Positions 57,899-64,000 of a stretch of 64,000 bases of DNA are shown piece by piece. Location: assembly GCA_964590345.1 (NCBI GenBank), contig CAZPVP010000004.1, forward strand, positions 42 to 64,041. Direction: 5' to 3'. Numbering within the stretch: position 1 is the stretch's first letter; every line of letters starts with the position of its first letter. The DNA comes from an uncultured Gammaproteobacteria bacterium (GTDB lineage: Bacteria > Patescibacteriota > Patescibacteriia > CAIXNZ01). The notes under the pieces were generated by a model. It made no database searches, was not told the origin of the DNA, and was given only the letters and a program-made list of their open reading frames with translations. The position numbers and the translations under genes were made by a program.

Positions 57899-59461
57899 AT
57901 GACTGATTTTGAAAAAAAACAATATATAAAGCCAGAAGTGAAAAAGATTGAAAACAAGAAGGGCGAAATTACTGAAAAGAAAAAGGAGGAAGAAAAAAAT
58001 GAACGAGCAATGGATATGGTTGCGCATGTTGAGTCAGAGATTTTACCTTTGCCAGAAGTTGAGAGACATTGTGATCAAATTGAGAGCTTAGAAAAAATGA
58101 AAATTGAGGTTGACCCAGATTGCGAACTTTATGTTGAAAGAGAGGGAAAAGGTGAGCCTTTAGTTTTATTACATGGTGGCCCAGGAGCAACTCATCACTA
58201 TTTTCATCCTCATTTCTCAAAGTTTAAAGATAATGCTCAAATGATCTATTATGATCAAAGAGGCTGTGGCCTGTCTGATTATGATAAAAACGGAAATTAT
58301 TCACTTGATCAGGCAGTTGATGATTTAGAAAAATTAAGAAAAAAACTTGGTTATGAAAAATGGTCAGTTTTAGGCCATTCATTTGGTGGTTTGCTTGCTC
58401 AAGCATATGCATTGAAATACCCTGATAAAGTAAAAGGATTGGTTTTAGTTGCAGCCAAACCAGGTATTCATGGATTAAAACCTTCAAGGGAAAATGAATT
58501 TATATCAAAAGAAGAAAAAAAAAGAATGGACGAAATTAGAGATAACAAAAAACTTTCAATACAAGAAATGTTATATAATGTAAATCTTAATGGTGACTGG
58601 AAAAGACAAAATTATTATAAACCTACCAAGCAAAAAATGGCTCAAATAGCTACAATTGAATGGGACCATGATGAAAAATTTAGAGATAAAGTGGCAGTTG
58701 AAGCAGATAATCTTGACTTAGAAGGATTTTTTCAGGAATGTCCTGTTCCAACATTAATAATGGAAGGCGAACATGATTTAACCTGGAATACTGATAAATC
58801 AATCAAGATGCAGGAAAATCATCCAAATGCTAGATTTATAAAATTTGACAAATCAGCTCATAATCCTTTTAGTGAAGAACCAAAAATTTTTTTTAATGAA
58901 CTTAAAGATTTTATGGCTAAGGAAAAAGATGTTAGCGTGAAAAAGATGGATGAATGGAAGCAAAATATTGAAGAAGTTAAAAAAGAAAGATTAAATAGTC
59001 CGGATGCAATTATTGATAATATCAAAAATAAGTGGTTGGAAAGCCAGAAAGATGAAAAGCCTAAAAGTTATTTTGAAGATAAAAATCATTATTTTAATGA
59101 TATTTTAAAACAATATAAAATTGAATGGATAAATAAAATGAAAAATCCAGGCAATGTTAATTCTTTAGGGCAAGCTCTTTTTGTAAATGAAAAGTATGAT
59201 GAAGCTTTGGCTTGTTTTCGCAAATCAGAAGAACTTAGTCATGACAATATTCCCAAGGCATTAGCTTTATTATGGCAGGCGCAAATGTTGGATTTGCAGA
59301 AGAATAGAAAACAAGCGCTTGAAATATATAAACAAATTATAGAAATGAAAATACCTAATATCGGAATTAATGTGAATGATTTAGGTTATGAATTTAAATT
59401 TGATGACCGTGTAAAAGAAAAAATAAAAAAACCTTTTGAGAAAAAAGAGATTGTTAAATAA
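57899..59461 (+). CDS. Alpha/beta hydrolase (prolyl-aminopeptidase-like S33) with C-terminal helical (TPR-like) extension
   Basis: LLHGGPGATHHYF oxyanion region, nucleophile elbow GHSFGG, 520 aa. Confidence 0.65.
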   Translation: MTDFEKKQYIKPEVKKIENKKGEITEKKKEEEKNERAMDMVAHVESEILPLPEVERHCDQIESLEKMKIEVDPDCELYVEREGKGEPLVLLHGGPGATHHYFHPHFSKFKDNAQMIYYDQRGCGLSDYDKNGNYSLDQAVDDLEKLRKKLGYEKWSVLGHSFGGLLAQAYALKYPDKVKGLVLVAAKPGIHGLKPSRENEFISKEEKKRMDEIRDNKKLSIQEMLYNVNLNGDWKRQNYYKPTKQKMAQIATIEWDHDEKFRDKVAVEADNLDLEGFFQECPVPTLIMEGEHDLTWNTDKSIKMQENHPNARFIKFDKSAHNPFSEEPKIFFNELKDFMAKEKDVSVKKMDEWKQNIEEVKKERLNSPDAIIDNIKNKWLESQKDEKPKSYFEDKNHYFNDILKQYKIEWINKMKNPGNVNSLGQALFVNEKYDEALACFRKSEELSHDNIPKALALLWQAQMLDLQKNRKQALEIYKQIIEMKIPNIGINVNDLGYEFKFDDRVKEKIKKPFEKKEIVK

Positions 59462-59540
59462 ATTAAAAATATTGGTTTAAGTAGTAATTTTTGTTAAAAT
59501 TTAATTATATATAAAAATTAATTATTAATTTAAAAAAATT

Positions 59541-60689
59541 ATGCCAAATTTTGAAAAATCTATGTACGGGTTACCACCTGTACCTGAAAAAGATAAAAAA
59601 GAATCAAAATCTAGGGTACCTTTCGCGCCTAAAAAAATAAGTGAAGATGGTAGTCTTGTAGATGAGAAGGAAAAAGGATCACAAGAAACTAGATTAATGA
59701 TGAGAAAATCTGAATCAGAAGAAGGTTCTGTTGAAAAAAAAGATAACAAAGATTTTGAATCTTTTAATGAACAAATTAGAGAATTAAGTATTGAGCAGGG
59801 GGCTATTGAAAGATATTGGCTTGATGGTTTTTCTGTGGGGCGACTTAATATGTATTGCGGTCAGGAATTAATTGAAAATTTTGGAGTGAAAAAAATTATT
59901 GGAGCAGCTCAAGCTATTGATAATGGTTTCGGTTTTCCTGATTTATATGATTTTATAAAACAACTAGAACCTGATCGTAAAAAAAGATTAGCTTTGTATG
60001 ATAAAATATCTGAAAGTGTTCAAATGAAAAAACAGGAATTAGGTAAGATAACCGATGATGAGGGTGATATTGTTGCAAACAAAGCTGATTATAAAGCATC
60101 CGCAGAAAATGATCCAGAATATAATATTACAATTACTGAATGTGGTAATTCAGAAAATGTTATTATATCAAAAGAAAAAGTTTTAGAAAAGTTAAAAAAA
60201 TTAGACAGTAAGTATTTTATTTTACCGAAAATATTAACTAAAAAATTTGCAAAAGAGATGACAAGTTCTAATTTTGTTGAAGCTATTAATCAAAGCATAT
60301 CTAATAATCCCGAAGAGATCCAGCGTGATCTAGAGAAGTATGATGGTAATCTCCATATGTTAGCAGCAGAAAGAATGAAAGAGGCTAATAAAGAAATGAT
60401 ACCTGAATGGCAAGGAAAAGTTAGTGGATTAAAGGTTGAGATAATGCAACATATAGATAAAATTAAAAATGAAGAAGGAGATAATTATTTTCAAAAATTA
60501 GATCAAGTCATGTCCGAATTGGAGGGCGTAACAAAATTAGCTGAAAAAGCTAAAGCAAAATCTCTTACGGATAATGTAATAAAAGAAGCAAAACAAAAAT
60601 TGGAACAAGTAGAATTAGATTCTGATGCAGTGATTAGTAAACGGACAGAAAAATTCAAAAAACTTTTTAACCATGCAATATTTCAATAA
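59541..60689 (+). CDS. Hypothetical protein (382 aa)
   Basis: Long ORF, no motif I can recognise. Confidence 0.4.
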   Translation: MPNFEKSMYGLPPVPEKDKKESKSRVPFAPKKISEDGSLVDEKEKGSQETRLMMRKSESEEGSVEKKDNKDFESFNEQIRELSIEQGAIERYWLDGFSVGRLNMYCGQELIENFGVKKIIGAAQAIDNGFGFPDLYDFIKQLEPDRKKRLALYDKISESVQMKKQELGKITDDEGDIVANKADYKASAENDPEYNITITECGNSENVIISKEKVLEKLKKLDSKYFILPKILTKKFAKEMTSSNFVEAINQSISNNPEEIQRDLEKYDGNLHMLAAERMKEANKEMIPEWQGKVSGLKVEIMQHIDKIKNEEGDNYFQKLDQVMSELEGVTKLAEKAKAKSLTDNVIKEAKQKLEQVELDSDAVISKRTEKFKKLFNHAIFQ

Positions 60690-60696
60690 TTAGATT

Positions 60697-61059
60697 TTGG
60701 TTATGGATTTATCAAAAATTAAAAAAGTGCATATTATCGGCATTGGCGGGCTTGGTATGTCTGCTGTGGCTAAGCTTTTATTAAATCAGGGCAAGACAGT
60801 GACTGGCTCTGATCTTGTTGATTCTGAAACAGTTGAAACATTAATTAATTTTGGTGCACAAATAAAAACAGGGGAACACCTATCTGAAAATGTTGCTGAT
60901 GATTGTGATTTAATAATTTTTACAGATGCTGTGGCAGAAGATAATCCTGAGAGAATCAAAAGTAAACAATTAAATATTGAAAGTTTAAGTTATTTCCAGT
61001 TTCCCAAGCATTACCTGCAAATGTACGGCTGTTATGCCAAGACTGGCAGGGGCAAGTAG
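60697..61059 (+). pseudogene. murC: murC remnant: N-terminal about 100 aa of UDP-N-acetylmuramate--L-alanine ligase, truncated
   Basis: VHIIGIGGLGMSAVAKLL...VTGSDL matches the MurC N-terminal Rossmann domain. The reading frame ends near the P-loop position (AKTGRGK*), with no central or C-terminal domains downstream. Confidence 0.55.
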
Positions 61060-61148
61060 CTGAATAAATTCACTTTCTTCCAGTTCAACAGTTTCGCCTG
61101 TTTCAATTTTTATTTCTTGACCTCCTACCTTCATTTTTTCCTCCTCTT

Positions 61149-62285
61149 TTATTTTTTTAAATTATTTTTAATACTTTCAATCAATTCGCGTCCGGCTTCA
61201 ACCATGTCAGTCTTATCAATTTCAAATTCAGATAAGCGTTTATTGCCGCTAGGGTTAAAAGCTTTAGCCAGATATTGTGAATCATAATTTCTGGAAGTGT
61301 AAATAAGACCAGAGATTTTTTTATTTTGATTTTCATAAAATAAGACAATAATTTCTGCTTCTGGTGCCGAAGTGATTAATTCTTCAATAACTTCACTTAA
61401 GCTGGGGTTTTGAATGCTTAATTCAATAAAATCTTTTTGCTGTAAATATGACCAGGCCATTTTGTCTTGCGGATCATTTTTAAGGCGCGCTAAAACTTTG
61501 CCCCAAAGTTTTAAAGTATTGATTGATTTTGTCCTATATAAATGTTGAATAATTAGATCGCGCTCGGCACCGTTTAAAATTAATTGGCTGGCAATATTTA
61601 AAGCGCGCGGTGTAACATTAGACGAACGAAAACTTTTTGTCTTAGTGATCAAACCAGTCAAAAGGCAAGTAGCGATTTCTTCATCAATTAATTTAAGATC
61701 ATAATCCTCAATTAGATCAAAAATAATTTCAGCAATTGAAGTTTTGGTCAGCTCAACAAGATTAATTTGACCATATTGTTCATTTTCCGGATTGTGATCA
61801 ATATTAATTATTGGCGTGTTAAAGAAAAAATCAGTATTTTGTTCATAAGCTTGGCCCAAAGATTCCAGATCATCAGTATCAATGGTAATGATTAAATCAT
61901 ATTTATAATTGCCTGATTTTAAAGAAATTTTTTCTTCATCAAAGTATCCTTTTTCGGGTGTAATATAGATATTTAGTTTTTCATCTTTAACATCATAAGA
62001 AAAATCCTTGACTTTGTTATCCTTGATTTCCAAAGAGACAATATACCTTTTTAAGCAGGATATTTCTGATTTGATCTTGCCAATTTGTGGCAAAAATTTA
62101 TAATTTTGAGGGATTGCAAAATCCTGGCAAACAATATCAGCTTGCTTATCAAGTTTTTTTAAGAGTAAAAAAATAGCCAAAGCAGAAGCGAGTGCGTCAC
62201 CAGAAAAATTCTTTTTAAAAATAATCAGAATATTTTGGCTATTTTTTACCAATTCAAAAATTTGTTGATTTGCAGAAAGCCCCAT
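61149..62285 (-). CDS. DHH-family phosphoesterase, NrnA homolog with degenerate catalytic motifs
   Basis: INIDHNPENEQYG aligns with NrnA MKIDHHPNEDPYG (DHH becomes DHN). The GGGH of DHHA1 is replaced by PSGN, and motif I DxD is reduced to GD. Confidence 0.6.
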   Translation of the reverse strand: MGLSANQQIFELVKNSQNILIIFKKNFSGDALASALAIFLLLKKLDKQADIVCQDFAIPQNYKFLPQIGKIKSEISCLKRYIVSLEIKDNKVKDFSYDVKDEKLNIYITPEKGYFDEEKISLKSGNYKYDLIITIDTDDLESLGQAYEQNTDFFFNTPIINIDHNPENEQYGQINLVELTKTSIAEIIFDLIEDYDLKLIDEEIATCLLTGLITKTKSFRSSNVTPRALNIASQLILNGAERDLIIQHLYRTKSINTLKLWGKVLARLKNDPQDKMAWSYLQQKDFIELSIQNPSLSEVIEELITSAPEAEIIVLFYENQNKKISGLIYTSRNYDSQYLAKAFNPSGNKRLSEFEIDKTDMVEAGRELIESIKNNLKK

Positions 62286-62543
62286 GATTTATAAATCCCA
62301 AATAACAAATGACAAATATCAAATGTTGTATTATTGAGTGATTTTTTAGTTTATAATTTATTTTAAATTGTGTCAAGCGGTTTAGATTAATTTGGCTAAC
62401 TTGTCAAGGATGTCTAATTTTGGTAAAATTTTGAATATTAGTCTTAGTTTTTAGTCATAGCTACGAGTTTTGTCTTAAGTGTGAAGTTTAAAGTTTAATA
62501 TGGATTATAGTTAACAAACAAGAAAATAACAAGTTATCGAGAT

Positions 62544-62909
62544 TTGGATGTTTATCAACGTTCATATGAAGTATCTCTCTTGGTTATGAAGAAAATAGTT
62601 CCTAATTTGCCTGCAAATGAAAAATACGATTTAGGTAATCAATTATCAAGATCATCAAAAGCAGTTCCTCGCTTAATTGCTGAGGGTTTTGCGAAAAAGC
62701 ATCAAAAAGCAGGGTTTCAAAAATATTTAACAGATGCACTTGCTGAATCCAATGAGTCACAGGTAAGTTTATGCCATTGTAGAGATTTGTATTCTGATTG
62801 TATGGATTTAGAATTATGCGAAAAGTTAATTAAAGAATATGATATTATTAGTAAACAGCTTTATAAATTGCTTGAAGCCTGGAGTAAGTTTTCTGATAAA
62901 AAAGACTAA
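62544..62909 (+). CDS. Four-helix-bundle protein (23S-rRNA-IVS / Avd-like family), TTG start
   Basis: YQRSYEVSLLV...SRSSKAVPRLIAEGFAKKH...ISKQLYKLLEAWSK matches TIGR02436/PF05635. A promoter TTGTCA-17-TAAAAT lies upstream. Confidence 0.6.
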   Translation: MDVYQRSYEVSLLVMKKIVPNLPANEKYDLGNQLSRSSKAVPRLIAEGFAKKHQKAGFQKYLTDALAESNESQVSLCHCRDLYSDCMDLELCEKLIKEYDIISKQLYKLLEAWSKFSDKKD

Positions 62910-62974
62910 GACATTTCTACTTGTTACTAAGCACGTTGCACGTTGCTATGACTATGATACCTTAACCTATATTT

Positions 62975-64000
62975 ATGAAAAATATCCCTAAAACATATAA
63001 TCCAAAAGAAACCGAAGATAAAATCTACCAAAAATGGGAAAAATTAGGTTATTTTAATCCTGATAATTTAAATCTTCCTAAAGATGCAGATTATTTTTCT
63101 ATTGCTATGCCTCCGCCAAACAGAACAGGCACCTTGCATACTGGCCATGCCATTATGCTGGCTTATCAGGATTTAATGGTCAGATATCAGCGTTTAAAAC
63201 AGAAAAAAACATTATGGCTGCCAGGCACTGATCACGCGGCAATTGCTACTCAAGCTAAAGTAGAAAAGGATTTGTATAAAGAAGAAGGCAAAACTCGGCA
63301 TGATTTGGGCAAGGAAAAATTTTTGCAAAGAGTGATTGAATTTGCTGAAGAATCAGGCAGAATCATTAAACAGCAAGTGCGTAAAATGGGTTCTTCCTGC
63401 GACTGGTCTCGGGAACGTTATACTTTGGATAAGGGTCTGTCGCAAGTAGTTAAATATGCATTTGTAAAAATGTATGAAGCAGGCTTGATTTATCGCGGTT
63501 ATCGCATTGTTAACTGGTGCCCCAAATGCATGTCAACTTTGTCTGATGATGAAGTTGAATATGAGCAAGCTAAAGGTAAATTCTATACTTTTAAATATGC
63601 CAAAGATTTTCCCATGGCAATTTCCACGACTCGTCCTGAAACCAAATTGGGTGATACTGCTGTGGCTGTTAATCCCAAGGATAAACGCTATAAAAAATAT
63701 ATTGGCCAGGAATTTACAGTTGATATTGGTGCCGGGCCGCAAAAAATAAAAATTATTGCTGATGATTCAGTTGACATGAAATTCGGTACAGGTGCTTTGG
63801 GTGTGACGCCAGCTCATTCCATGATTGACTATGAAATGGCCCAGAAAAACGATTTGCCAGTTATAAAAGTAATCGGCGAGGAAGGCAAAATGACTAAAGA
63901 GGCAGGCAAAAAATATGAAGGCTTGTCAGTTTTAAAAGCCCGGGAAAAATTAGTCAAATGGTTAAAAGATCAGGGCTTGATGGAAAAAGAAGAAGAAATT
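62975..64000 (+). CDS. valS: Valyl-tRNA synthetase (N-terminal part; runs off the window)
   Basis: PPPNRTGTLHTGHA (HIGH motif) and ValRS-type N-terminus; no stop before the window end. Confidence 0.85.
   Translation, partial: MKNIPKTYNPKETEDKIYQKWEKLGYFNPDNLNLPKDADYFSIAMPPPNRTGTLHTGHAIMLAYQDLMVRYQRLKQKKTLWLPGTDHAAIATQAKVEKDLYKEEGKTRHDLGKEKFLQRVIEFAEESGRIIKQQVRKMGSSCDWSRERYTLDKGLSQVVKYAFVKMYEAGLIYRGYRIVNWCPKCMSTLSDDEVEYEQAKGKFYTFKYAKDFPMAISTTRPETKLGDTAVAVNPKDKRYKKYIGQEFTVDIGAGPQKIKIIADDSVDMKFGTGALGVTPAHSMIDYEMAQKNDLPVIKVIGEEGKMTKEAGKKYEGLSVLKAREKLVKWLKDQGLMEKEEEI

Overview
This window comes from an AT-rich (about 30-33% GC), gene-dense bacterial chromosome. Tight gene packing, a pyruvate:ferredoxin oxidoreductase (POR) operon, a type-2 IleRS, an archaeal-type cytidylate kinase, an EndoQ homolog and a tRNA-Ile with a UAU anticodon point to a reduced genome, possibly Patescibacteria/CPR-like (inference only). 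Most of the window is housekeeping content: the 3' end of 23S rRNA plus 5S rRNA, tRNA-Ala, tRNA-Val and tRNA-Ile(UAU), RNase P RNA, and ileS, trpS, valS (partial), ruvA, uvrA, rnj, secG, rplS, queA, rluD-like, two tandem CCA-type nucleotidyltransferases, the POR operon and a six-gene surface-glycan locus on the minus strand. The most notable feature is a complete diversity-generating retroelement (DGR) at 14.5-17.4 kb. It has a GC-rich target gene whose 3' variable repeat (VR) differs from a downstream Asn-codon-rich template repeat (TR) almost only at TR adenines, an Avd-like four-helix-bundle gene, and a reverse transcriptase carrying the DGR-specific IGxxxSQ motif. Other candidate accessory or unusual content includes a methyltransferase/restriction-endonuclease/HEPN defence island (3.97-6.69 kb) bracketed by a 42-bp direct duplication of the ileS promoter. 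A GC-shifted pair made of a ParB-like DG(R)HR-motif protein and an unknown partner sits next to a GIY-YIG gene and a tRNA cluster. There are several GC-rich multi-hairpin RNA-like elements, and three secreted-protein genes share one promoter and a 5'UTR hairpin. A beta-barrel-like gene is interrupted by an in-frame amber codon, murC is truncated, and a catalytic-motif-degenerate NrnA homolog carries a 5'UTR segment with a perfect 23-nt complement to a hairpin inserted in RNase P RNA. No CRISPR array, integrase or transposase was seen.
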